Below are positions 27,642-36,999 of a stretch of DNA of 64,000 nt, one piece after another. The stretch's first letter is position 1, and every line of letters begins with the position of its first letter. The position numbers and the translations under genes were made by a program. The notes beneath the pieces were generated by a model. That model was not told the DNA's origin, did no database searches, and was given only the letters and a program-made list of their open reading frames with translations. The DNA lies in assembly GCA_903889905.1 (NCBI GenBank), contig CAISZI010000010.1, forward strand, positions 1,464 to 65,463. Direction: 5' to 3'. This DNA comes from Candidatus Wirthbacteria bacterium. GTDB taxonomy: Bacteria > Patescibacteriota > CG2-30-54-11.

Positions 27642-28445
27642 TTAATGATGACGGATGGAGGTGCCGATAAAAGCATTGCCCAAAAGTGCGTTTTTTAAAT
27701 TGCCCGGGATTGTGCCGTCAATAATGGCGACTTCGATGCCGTTGCTGGCCATTTGCAGGCTCATGCCGACTTTGTGCAGAATACCACCAGTCACGTCGGG
27801 GACGCCGTTTGGGACCAGGGCGGATTGGATGGAAGCGACAGTCTGGGGAGTGATGAGAGGAATGGTTTGGCCGCTCCCATCATAGACGCCGGCAGTGCTG
27901 CCGACCTGGATGATTTTGAGTTCGGGAAAGCCGTTGGCCAAAAAAGTCGGGATCAGGTTGTCGAGTGAGGTTTCACCGGAAAAAATGCAGCAACCGAGGG
28001 TTTTGTCCAGGATGACGTCGCCAAAGATGACCGGGATGATGTTGTGTTTAAGCGCTTCCAGGATGGGTGCGGCAAACTGGGAGTGCAGTTGTTTGTTGTT
28101 GGCAAAAGTGTAAGACGAAGGCATGAAGCTCATGACATTGAGGCCGCAGTCGAGCAGGGTGCGGTTCACGATGCGGTTGAGGGTAATCGCGTCCTGCTGC
28201 ACCAGACAAAGGCCGCGGATGCTGTCATGGTCTCTTAGGCCGTTTGCGGTGCCGTATCGGGAAGCTGAGGTATGGGCAAAAGAACCGGCGCCGTGGGTAA
28301 TGACGATGCGCGGGTCATCAACCTGGGCCTGTTTGATCTCCTGGCCAAGTCGACAAATATTGTCCTCACGCGCCGTGTAAGGTGTGTTTTTGTCCGTGAT
28401 GATACTGCCGCCGAGTTTGATCAGGGTAAGTGTTGCCATGGGCAT
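27642..28445 (-). CDS. ipk: Isopentenyl phosphate kinase (amino-acid kinase family)
   Basis: LIKLGGSIITDK...ITHGAGSFAH; 267 aa. Adjacent to mevalonate-pathway genes. Confidence 0.7.
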   Translation of the reverse strand: MPMATLTLIKLGGSIITDKNTPYTAREDNICRLGQEIKQAQVDDPRIVITHGAGSFAHTSASRYGTANGLRDHDSIRGLCLVQQDAITLNRIVNRTLLDCGLNVMSFMPSSYTFANNKQLHSQFAAPILEALKHNIIPVIFGDVILDKTLGCCIFSGETSLDNLIPTFLANGFPELKIIQVGSTAGVYDGSGQTIPLITPQTVASIQSALVPNGVPDVTGGILHKVGMSLQMASNGIEVAIIDGTIPGNLKNALLGNAFIGTSIRHH

Positions 28446-28520
28446 CTGGTGCTAAAGAATTATACTGTTCAGACTGTAGCGCGATTTGGGCGTTCGGGGA
28501 AGGGGGAGATAGGCGTTTTG

Positions 28521-31500
28521 CTAGTCTTCATTTCCATGTTTTCTTTTATTTTGAGGAGTGGAGGGCTGTTCTGTCATTGCCGATGTCTTTGTGTCGATAT
28601 AATCCGAAGCAGTGTCGTTTAAACCATAAGAGTATCGTCCAGCAACATAAGCGGCAGCCTGTGCCCGCGTTCTGCGGTGTTTTCCTGTCTGTTTTTTTGC
28701 ATCGGCTTGTAATTCGTCAACGATTCCGGCTAAGGCTTCCAGTTTTGCGGCAAAGGTGGCGTCGGCAGCTATGTCGGTCTCGCTTTCCAGGGCATCGATC
28801 AGGCAAATGCTGGAGGGATCCTCGGAAAGTAGTTGTGTGACGGTCGATTTACGGAGAACACTGCGAAGGAGATTTGAAAGGGTTTTCTGTCCAATTTGAG
28901 TGGAGATCTCGGCCAAGGAAAAATTAAGAGGATGTCGGTCCAGAAATTGTTCAGCGCTGAATTTGTTCGGTGCGACGGCTTGGGTTAAGGTTGTTTGCAG
29001 GAGCTCCAGGAGTGTTTCAAAATCCGTATCGGCTGCGGCTTGGCGTTGTTCCGGAGTGAGCAGGGTGAGTCCTTGTAGCCAGTTTTGATAGACCAAGCTA
29101 GCTTGCGTTTGATCAAGATGCGGTTGGGTTTGTTGCCAGCGCCGGAAATCGATATCAAGCCGGGAATGCAGTTGAGTGGCTAGACGGAAGATGTCTGGTG
29201 TCAATGCCGGCGGCTCGAAGTTGTCAAAAGCATGTGCCTGACGCGGAAGCGGCAAACTGTCGAGGATGACTTGCATCGGCTGATAGGTTTGCACCATGGT
29301 TTCCCGGAGGCTGGCTAATCCGTTTTCCCGGGCAGTATAGGCGGTCAAGGGATAGATGGGAAGATCGGGCACAGGGGGATCGGCAGGCATGGATACCGAC
29401 GGTAGTGAGACGACTTGTTGTTCGTTTAAATCCAACAACTTTCGCAAAAGTGCGTCGGCCTGCGCGGCCAATGGCCGAATTCGTGTGAGTTTTTCGGCGT
29501 GACTGACCCAACGATCTGTCAGCTTGGATTCGCATGCCTGCAAGAGGCTGGTCAACTTGTCTGAGGCGGGGGAAGACGCCAGCAGTGTGACCAGGTTGCG
29601 CAGCTCGTCGGTTGAGACAGTGGGAAAGAGGGGGGCAAAAACAGCCAGTATTTGTGGTTCAAGTGTTTCGGGAATGGCGGCCACGGGGCGATCGGAGGGT
29701 GTTTCACGACGGGAAAGAGGAGCGCAAAGTGTTTCTATTCGGGTCAGCGTATGCCGCAGACGTTTCTGTTCCTGTTCAAGGACTTTAGCTGCCAGTGCCT
29801 GGTTTTCAGTGGGCAGAGGATAAGGTTGTTGCTCCTGGAGCAGGGCGCGTGCTTTGAGGGCGGAACTGTTTGCGTCGGACGGCTCGGTGACGAGAGCTAC
29901 TCCTGGAGGCAGGCGCCCCTGGTGCCGATCCTGGTTAATTGCCTGGAACAAGGGGACCGCTGCGTCCTGTTGGCCGAGCAGCATGCCATCAATGATAACT
30001 TTGGCAAAGTGCTCGGGGATGGCGGTGGAGAGGTCACGGTTTTCCCATTCGAGCACCAGCAGGGTGATGGCATGACGATAGGCGCGTTCAGCCAGTTGCT
30101 GGCGTTTTTGGTCACGGTTATGCTGTTCCTCTGCAGTGGCTTCTGCCGGTAGTTGCGGTAGACAGGTATCCGCCTCGTGCCAGAATGCCGCGTAGCTCCA
30201 GAAATCAGCGGGCAGCGTCATCTGGTGCATGATGGGGACGCCGTTGATAGACATGGTTTTGTCAAAAAGTTGCTTTTCGGCTTCGTCCCGCAATGACAAA
30301 TAAGGGAGTGGCGGAGAATCCTCTTTGTCCTGCAGTTGACTGATGTATTGCTCACGGATAGAAAAAACATGGGCAATCAAGCCGCTTCGTTTCTCGGGAT
30401 CCGCGATGATCGAAGATGGATCAACGGAGATGCGTTCATTTTCCTCGAGTATTTTGCAGTAAATGCGGATGAAAGTATTGACATCGTCATCGGTGAAGGT
30501 GCTGCCCACGGCTACCGTTTTTTGACGCAGCGCGATCACGTCCGGCCTTTTGCCCAGGGTTTCGGCTAGCAAATTGTCTAGAATGCGGGGGGAAATACAG
30601 ACCAATGTCACTTTGTAAAACAGCGCTTCCATTTTGACCGCCTGGGACAGATCCTGTTCCAGTGAGTGTGTGGTGGATGGGCCAAATTCAATCGGGGAGA
30701 GCGCATAGGGAGTCTCAGCGGTGATTTGAGCCAGGCCATAATGCTGAAGTAGGTTGCGCATGGTACTAATAAATTCTGAGCCCGCGGCATGCTGGAATTT
30801 GTTGAGCAAAAACACCTCCAGCTGGGAGGCCGTATTTTCATTCCGGTTAGCTGAAAGCGGCGTGATACCGGAACCCTGCTGTTTTAACCAGTTGGTGATC
30901 AGCTGTTCCAGGTAAAAAAAAGAGGAAAACTTTTTACCAGTTTGGATGCGGCTATTGTCCACACGATTGCGGTAAGTGTTTGTGTCGGGATAACCGGGAT
31001 TGTAAAGCGACGTAAAGACCGAGTCGCTGGACATGCAGGTTAGCGTTAGTTGGGTGGCCATGCGATCGGCAGCGCTGAGCTCAGGCCGCGGATCGTGATA
31101 AGCGTGTACTGCCTCAGGATAGAGCACGGGAGGAAACGCTGTCTCTGGCATGACACAGTTGGTTTCGACCAGGTCGTATACGATACGGGCGAGGCGTTGT
31201 TTGTCCTTTGCTGGCCAATCGTCAAAACGCGTCAGATGCCAGTAAAGGCCATTCACCAGCAAGGCAGGATTGCGGACCGGTTCACTGACTTCGTGACGAT
31301 AGTGGATCTGTTCTTCTTCAGATAGTAAATGCTGGCAGATCTGATTGATCAATTCCGCTTGGTCGAGTGCGTTGAGATCAATCTCGGGCCAGAATTCCCG
31401 AGCTACGGTGAGATACAACTGTAACAGTGAATCTGTTAGTTCCGCACTGGGAACCCCGGCTTCTCTTTTGGTCAAAGAAAAAGCGCCGCGGATAAAACTG

Positions 31501-32507
31501 TAGGTCAGGTATTCATTTTGATGTTGTAAAAATTGTACACCACAGAGGGCAACCGAGGCATGATGGAGCGCGCCCATATCGCGATGAGCCGGTCCATTTT
31601 TCATGCTCTCAGCAAAGGTTGACACGAGTGTCATCAGGGCGTCGGCATATCTACCCAAGGGGTAAGCATGGGCGAGGAAATGATTATTTTTGTCGCAGGC
31701 TGTGGCAAGTAATATTGTTTCTGCTTCCAATCCGGGCACCACTAACTCTCCGCTTTTCATCAGGGCAATGTCATCGATTCCCGCCAGGTCACTTTGGGCT
31801 TCCAGGGGCAAAGTGGTGGGAATGTCAGCCGGAAAGAGATGGTTTTGGGCCAGGAAGTCAGGTTTGCGGAGGGCGCGCAAAAATTTACTTAGCAGGTTGG
31901 CATAGCGGGTGGGATTGTCGGCGTCTTTGAGGATATCGTTCAGTGTGTCTGCGAGCGAAGAATTCGGATCTGTCGATAGCTGAATTTTTTGTAAATAGTC
32001 AATCAATTGTCTTAGGCGTGGGTCGGATTCTGTAACTGCAGCCTTAACCTCCGGCAGCGGCACGTCTTTGTTTCTGTACTTTGTGGCAAGTGCTGATCGC
32101 AATTGCTGATGAAAGTGGTGCTCCAAATAAGGCAGAAAAGAGGGCAGTAGTTTACGGATAAGGATCGTGTTTTGTTTTGTGGTCAGGGCTTCCAGCAGCG
32201 TGTCCAGGGTGGAGAGGTTGGGCTGTTCTTCCTGGAGAGAATGCCGGGCAAGTACAAAACCATGGGCTTGTAACCGGAGCGGTTCGTATTCAGCCGCGCT
32301 GCTTCGGATGACCCGATTAGGATCGAGTAAAGCTTGGCGCAGCTCCGTCAGAGCTTCAATCATCTGACTTTGTTCCCGTTCCAGCGTCGCTTCAGCGTCG
32401 GGTGGTTCCAGCAGGTCAAGCAGTTCCAGGCTTTGCAGCACATCTGCTAGTGGATTTTCGTGTTGGTTGAGTTGGTCCAGCGAAGGATGGCGAGGTTGTT
32501 TGGGCAT
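28521..32507 (-). CDS. Giant cytoplasmic protein (1328 aa) of unknown function embedded in the mevalonate operon
   Basis: Single uninterrupted ORF with no signal peptide and no recognisable catalytic motifs. Same strand, with tight spacing to ipk (76 bp) and the decarboxylase gene (95 bp). Confidence 0.6.
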   Translation of the reverse strand: MPKQPRHPSLDQLNQHENPLADVLQSLELLDLLEPPDAEATLEREQSQMIEALTELRQALLDPNRVIRSSAAEYEPLRLQAHGFVLARHSLQEEQPNLSTLDTLLEALTTKQNTILIRKLLPSFLPYLEHHFHQQLRSALATKYRNKDVPLPEVKAAVTESDPRLRQLIDYLQKIQLSTDPNSSLADTLNDILKDADNPTRYANLLSKFLRALRKPDFLAQNHLFPADIPTTLPLEAQSDLAGIDDIALMKSGELVVPGLEAETILLATACDKNNHFLAHAYPLGRYADALMTLVSTFAESMKNGPAHRDMGALHHASVALCGVQFLQHQNEYLTYSFIRGAFSLTKREAGVPSAELTDSLLQLYLTVAREFWPEIDLNALDQAELINQICQHLLSEEEQIHYRHEVSEPVRNPALLVNGLYWHLTRFDDWPAKDKQRLARIVYDLVETNCVMPETAFPPVLYPEAVHAYHDPRPELSAADRMATQLTLTCMSSDSVFTSLYNPGYPDTNTYRNRVDNSRIQTGKKFSSFFYLEQLITNWLKQQGSGITPLSANRNENTASQLEVFLLNKFQHAAGSEFISTMRNLLQHYGLAQITAETPYALSPIEFGPSTTHSLEQDLSQAVKMEALFYKVTLVCISPRILDNLLAETLGKRPDVIALRQKTVAVGSTFTDDDVNTFIRIYCKILEENERISVDPSSIIADPEKRSGLIAHVFSIREQYISQLQDKEDSPPLPYLSLRDEAEKQLFDKTMSINGVPIMHQMTLPADFWSYAAFWHEADTCLPQLPAEATAEEQHNRDQKRQQLAERAYRHAITLLVLEWENRDLSTAIPEHFAKVIIDGMLLGQQDAAVPLFQAINQDRHQGRLPPGVALVTEPSDANSSALKARALLQEQQPYPLPTENQALAAKVLEQEQKRLRHTLTRIETLCAPLSRRETPSDRPVAAIPETLEPQILAVFAPLFPTVSTDELRNLVTLLASSPASDKLTSLLQACESKLTDRWVSHAEKLTRIRPLAAQADALLRKLLDLNEQQVVSLPSVSMPADPPVPDLPIYPLTAYTARENGLASLRETMVQTYQPMQVILDSLPLPRQAHAFDNFEPPALTPDIFRLATQLHSRLDIDFRRWQQTQPHLDQTQASLVYQNWLQGLTLLTPEQRQAAADTDFETLLELLQTTLTQAVAPNKFSAEQFLDRHPLNFSLAEISTQIGQKTLSNLLRSVLRKSTVTQLLSEDPSSICLIDALESETDIAADATFAAKLEALAGIVDELQADAKKQTGKHRRTRAQAAAYVAGRYSYGLNDTASDYIDTKTSAMTEQPSTPQNKRKHGNED

Positions 32508-32602
32508 ATTGCAGTTTAATAAAATGAATGGGTTTAATTATAGCACAACAAAAAAGATCTCTGGCAGGCAGAGAGCTGGGTGGAGCGATTAGCTAAGCAA
32601 GA

Positions 32603-33646
32603 TTAAAACAAATGCTGGTCCGAGCCCTGTACACCCGGCCCCGGGTGGTTCTGGATGGTGAAGCGAACAAACGGATTGGCCTTGAGTCTTTTTTCGACTT
32701 CGGCAGCATCCTTGGCTTCGCTTACGCAGTGCACATTGGCGCCGGCATCCAGAGAAAAATACACTTGCAAACCATCCTTTTGCCGCCAGCGCATGACATC
32801 TTTGATCACGGCAATCGAACCCGGCGCCCAGTAAAAAAGCGGTGGCACCGACGTCATCATCACGGTATGCATGGAAGTGGATTCGCGTTCGATCAGCAGC
32901 CCCAGTGTTTTGATGTCGCGGGAGAGAATGGCGGCGCGTACGGTCTTGATGCGGGGCTGCATTTCCTTGAGCCGAGTTTCGAAATAAGGGCTGGTGTCGG
33001 CAAGCAGATGTCCGGCCGAAGAGGAGGCGAGTTTTGTGCCAGAGTCGACGACGGCGACGGTATCAACCAGATCCCAATGGTGTTCATCGGCAATTTGTGT
33101 GGCGATGGAAGAGTTGTGGTCATGGCCCGCAATTTGTTCGACAAAGCCGCCCAAAACCGAGCGCACGCCCGAAACCGATCCGGCCAGTCGCGTCAGGCGT
33201 GAGAGTTCGGTTTTGTCTGTCCAAATGGTGTCAAGAGCATAAGCTTTGACCAGGGCGGCGGTAAGCGCGGCAGAACCCGAAGCCGAAGACGCGATGCCGG
33301 CATCGGCCGGGAAATTGTTGACGGTGCGGAAATGGATTTTGTCCTTGGAGTTGGCCAGCATGCGGATGCGGTTGACCTGGTCGAGGATATTTTTGCCTTT
33401 GATCGTGGTGGTGTCGAGCTTGGCGAATGCTTCCTGGCCCCAGAATTTGATCTCGATCACGTCTTCGGCAAAGGTCGGGGACGCTTCAATCGTGGTCGTA
33501 GTCTGGCATTCATCCAGACACATGGAAATGCTGTTGTTGCGCGGGATGAACTGGGCGTGGTCGGCTTGGCCCCAGTATTTGATAAAGGCAAGGTTGGCGG
33601 AAGCGGTGACGGTGGCTTTCATGGGAGGCCTCTTAGTTGAAACCAA
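32603..33646 (-). CDS. mvaD: Diphosphomevalonate decarboxylase family (MVD; may act as phosphomevalonate decarboxylase given ipk)
   Basis: ASANLAFIKYWGQ (MVD N-terminal motif); GHMP fold; 347 aa. Confidence 0.75.
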   Translation of the reverse strand: MVSTKRPPMKATVTASANLAFIKYWGQADHAQFIPRNNSISMCLDECQTTTTIEASPTFAEDVIEIKFWGQEAFAKLDTTTIKGKNILDQVNRIRMLANSKDKIHFRTVNNFPADAGIASSASGSAALTAALVKAYALDTIWTDKTELSRLTRLAGSVSGVRSVLGGFVEQIAGHDHNSSIATQIADEHHWDLVDTVAVVDSGTKLASSSAGHLLADTSPYFETRLKEMQPRIKTVRAAILSRDIKTLGLLIERESTSMHTVMMTSVPPLFYWAPGSIAVIKDVMRWRQKDGLQVYFSLDAGANVHCVSEAKDAAEVEKRLKANPFVRFTIQNHPGPGVQGSDQHLF

Positions 33647-33678
33647 ACACGGTTAAGTTAATAAAACAACAGAGTGTT

Positions 33679-34809
33679 TTAATACCAGATCGAAGCGCCT
33701 TTACTGGAGATGAACACATCCAGCGGGTAGAGTCCGGCTTCTTCCCATTCCCATTCGATGTCTTCTTTGACAAAGGGGTCAAAACAAATGGCAATGCCAC
33801 AATTGAGTTTGGTACCGCCAGCGATTTTGGCGGCGCCATTGTGTTTGCGGGCAATATCGGTGAGCGCTTTCACTTTGGGGATGTCAATGGCAAAGCCCGC
33901 GAGTTCCGCCAATTTTGTCAAAGCAATCTGGTTGGCTTCAACGAGTTGTAGCATGTAGGTCTGATGTTCTTCGAGCAGAGCTTGCTGGATTTTTTCTGTG
34001 GTGGCAAAAATCATCGCGCTGAGTTGGGCATAAATGTCTGGCTGCGCGGTTTTGAAGGCCGCAATTTTGGCCTGCGCATCAACCGTCTGTAGCTCGTTCC
34101 CAAACCAGGCGGCGGTAATCTGAAACGTGGAGGGGAATTTGATCTTTTCGATTTTAAGCAGCGGCCAGGTTTCGGCCAGAATTGTTTTGAGGGGAGAATG
34201 TGCTTCGATTTTGGCTTTGAGCCAGGCGCGGTCAAAGGGAGTGTAACGAAGGAGGCCACCAAAGGTGCTGGCTGCGGTTTCGTAACCCGTGATGGTGTGA
34301 TTGGTGTACATGGCGTATGTGAGGGTAGCCAGTTTAAAAATGGTGTCGAGCGTTTTGTCGTCCGCGAGGTCATAGCCAGAAAATTTCAAAAACGCTGCCA
34401 TGATGGAAACGATCACCGCGGCGGGTGTCTCGTGGCCGATCTTGCCAATGGCGCCATCGGTCAGGGTGAGGGTGTGTTCGATGGTGTCCGTGAGCATGCT
34501 GAAATTCGGTGCAGGTTTGCTGTCTTCGGCCAGGAACTGCAGTGCGGTTTCCACCGCCAGTTTGACCACAGCGCCATCCCGGGTTCGTTCCTCAGGCAAA
34601 TCCAGCCAGTTGAAATGACCGTCTTTGTATTCCGCATGGATGTTGTTCAGTTTGAGGTCGGGCATATTGATGACAATGGCATCCGTGGCCTCAAATTCGC
34701 AGTAGGTGTAGCGATCAAAGCCAGCGACCAGCATGGAACGATCCGGATCAAGTAATGTCCACTCACCCGAAATGACCAAAGGACCAGGAACCTGGATGGT
34801 TAGTTTCAT
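33679..34809 (-). CDS. Divergent GHMP-kinase-family protein (candidate phosphomevalonate kinase or non-canonical paralogue)
   Basis: N-terminal VPGPLVISGEWTLLD resembles the PMK/MVK motif 1 (APGK..L.GE). Motif 2 is degenerate (GKIGHETPAAVIVSIMAAF in place of GxGLGSSAA). Located between mvk and mvaD. Confidence 0.35.
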   Translation of the reverse strand: MKLTIQVPGPLVISGEWTLLDPDRSMLVAGFDRYTYCEFEATDAIVINMPDLKLNNIHAEYKDGHFNWLDLPEERTRDGAVVKLAVETALQFLAEDSKPAPNFSMLTDTIEHTLTLTDGAIGKIGHETPAAVIVSIMAAFLKFSGYDLADDKTLDTIFKLATLTYAMYTNHTITGYETAASTFGGLLRYTPFDRAWLKAKIEAHSPLKTILAETWPLLKIEKIKFPSTFQITAAWFGNELQTVDAQAKIAAFKTAQPDIYAQLSAMIFATTEKIQQALLEEHQTYMLQLVEANQIALTKLAELAGFAIDIPKVKALTDIARKHNGAAKIAGGTKLNCGIAICFDPFVKEDIEWEWEEAGLYPLDVFISSKGASIWY

Positions 34810-34845
34810 AAGAAAATTTCAATTTTGATAATGAAGTCAGTCTAA

Positions 34846-35772
34846 TTATACCGCGTCGGGTGCCGAAGACGAAAGAGTGACGGGAATGATTTCCAGCGCA
34901 TGCTCAGTAAGTGACTGCGTCAGCCCGTTTTGGGAGATGACGTCATGGCAGAGGATGATGATCGAGCCACCACCCCCACCGCCCGTCAGTTTGGCTCCGA
35001 GGGCGCCAGATTGGAGGGCTGCCGTTTGCAGATTATCCAGGGCGGAGGTGGAAACGTTTAGTGCTTGCAGCAATTGGTGGTTAGCATTCATGCTTTTGCC
35101 AAGCGCGGTCAGGTCACCGGATTGGAGTTGGGCAAAGGCATTGTTGACCACGCCCAGATATTGTTGCTTCAAATTGGTAAAAGTGACCGCTTGGGTTTGG
35201 CTGAAAGCTTTGACTTGGGCCACCATGCGGGAGGTCTGGGCGGGAGTATGGCTGCGGGCGATCAACAAGTGAAGTGCCTTGGGCAGGGCAACGGGTGCAT
35301 GCTGTAAAGTTCCACTTTGGTCAAACGAAATGCCCAGTACGCCACCATAGGTGGCCGCCGTGGTGTCGATGCCCGACGAATGTCCATGCAGCACATCTTC
35401 GGCACGGGTGGCAATGGACACAAGTTGTTGGTTGTCGAGGGTAAGTTGAAAATGTTGTGTCAGCGCCCGGGTCAAGGCGACACAAAATGCGGCACCGGAA
35501 CCGAGATTTGCTTTGGGGGGAATATTGGAAGTAACGATTATTTTGAGCGCTGCGCCGGCATGGTCCATTTTTTTCAGAATAAAGTCGACGATGGCGAGGT
35601 TGTTTTGCCGTTCCTGCGCCGAACCGGTGTTATTGGATTGGAGGACAATGCCATCGGTGCCAGGAGCAACCGTCACGTGCAGTGTGCGGTCGAGCGCGCC
35701 GACAATGGCGTCAGCGTGGTAGACGACAAAATGTTCACCAAAGAGGATGATTTTGCCAAAAGCAGAAGACAT
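34846..35772 (-). CDS. mvk: Mevalonate kinase (GHMP kinase)
   Basis: KIILFGEHFVVY (motif 1), PPKANLGSGAAF (motif 2), GAKLTGGGGGGS (motif 3). Confidence 0.8.
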   Translation of the reverse strand: MSSAFGKIILFGEHFVVYHADAIVGALDRTLHVTVAPGTDGIVLQSNNTGSAQERQNNLAIVDFILKKMDHAGAALKIIVTSNIPPKANLGSGAAFCVALTRALTQHFQLTLDNQQLVSIATRAEDVLHGHSSGIDTTAATYGGVLGISFDQSGTLQHAPVALPKALHLLIARSHTPAQTSRMVAQVKAFSQTQAVTFTNLKQQYLGVVNNAFAQLQSGDLTALGKSMNANHQLLQALNVSTSALDNLQTAALQSGALGAKLTGGGGGGSIIILCHDVISQNGLTQSLTEHALEIIPVTLSSSAPDAV

Positions 35773-35812
35773 GGCAAGGCTTTAGTAAATAGTTTTTGGG
35801 TAAGCTTGGAAG

Positions 35813-36817
35813 CTATTCAAATTCATGCGATTTCGGATGATAGGCAGTACAGAATTGACTGGCTTGGTCTGCGTCCAGGGAGAGCAGGAGTGTGATTTTA
35901 CCAAGGCAAGCAGTTGTCCAGTCGTTGTTATGATAAACAGCAGGATGGGTGTCATGGACAAACTGGATAAAATCCTGCATGGCGGGAGCAGGTTCCTGTT
36001 GCTTGATGTCTTGTATCATTTGCGACAATTGGGTTGTTTCCAGAGAAGCGTGCGCATAGGTATTTGCCATTCCCGACAAGGATAAAACAATGTCTGCGCG
36101 CGAACGCAGAGAGGCTTGCGCATAATTCTTGACGAGTTTTTTGGCGACCGGCAATCCTAATTTTGACAGGTAATCACGGTCCAGAGTAACATCGGGATTT
36201 TTGCTGCGGGCGACCATGTCGATCTGACTCTGAGCAGAAAACAGGTTGAGCGTCGGCAGGGTTATTGCCAAAACAGCAATGGCGATAAAGACAATAGTAG
36301 AGGCAAGTTGAACCCGGACCAAGTGTCGACGAAGCGAAGCATCGTTTCGGTTTGTTTTCCAATATTGTAAAAGGAAAAAGATTTCAATCAGCGCAATGAA
36401 AAAAACCAGTACGCACAAAATAAGCGCGACAAGGCGGTTGGAGGTAAAAGCGTACTCCCCCACGCGCATTATCACCAGATAAAACCCTGTCAGGCAAAAC
36501 AAAAGGCTGCCCACCATTTGACCAAACAGAGTGGCAATGGTTAGTGCTTTGACCTTTGGCTGCTGAATGTTCGAAAGCAGGCTCATTTCGAACGCAACAA
36601 GGAATTGCAGGATCAGGCAGGACAACAGATATAAAGCAGCAGTGTTGTTGATTTCGAGTTGGAGCAGGTAGCGAAAAGGAAGTAACAGCAACATACAAAG
36701 CCCCAGTAGCGCTGAGCAAAGCGTGCAATAAAACCAAGCAGGCCATCCTGGTTTTGACTCATCTGTCAGGGTTGCCGGTGGCGCTTTGACAACAGGCTCA
36801 GGCATAACGTTGACCAT
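35813..36817 (-). CDS. Polytopic membrane protein, unknown function
   Basis: Multiple hydrophobic helices; upstream of and co-directional with mvk. Confidence 0.45.
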   Translation of the reverse strand: MVNVMPEPVVKAPPATLTDESKPGWPAWFYCTLCSALLGLCMLLLLPFRYLLQLEINNTAALYLLSCLILQFLVAFEMSLLSNIQQPKVKALTIATLFGQMVGSLLFCLTGFYLVIMRVGEYAFTSNRLVALILCVLVFFIALIEIFFLLQYWKTNRNDASLRRHLVRVQLASTIVFIAIAVLAITLPTLNLFSAQSQIDMVARSKNPDVTLDRDYLSKLGLPVAKKLVKNYAQASLRSRADIVLSLSGMANTYAHASLETTQLSQMIQDIKQQEPAPAMQDFIQFVHDTHPAVYHNNDWTTACLGKITLLLSLDADQASQFCTAYHPKSHEFE

Positions 36818-36999
36818 TTAATGGGTGGAGTGTTTTTGTCTAGCAAAACTATAGCATGAACTTTGTTCGCTTGGGATACTGAAAGAAAGTTGAAGCGGCT
36901 TGGGAATGGCGTTTCTTGACCCGCAGGAGGAGAAAGGGCAAAATGAGTGTGATCTACGCGGCTGGCTTTTGAGGAATCACTTATTATCAGGGATCCCGC

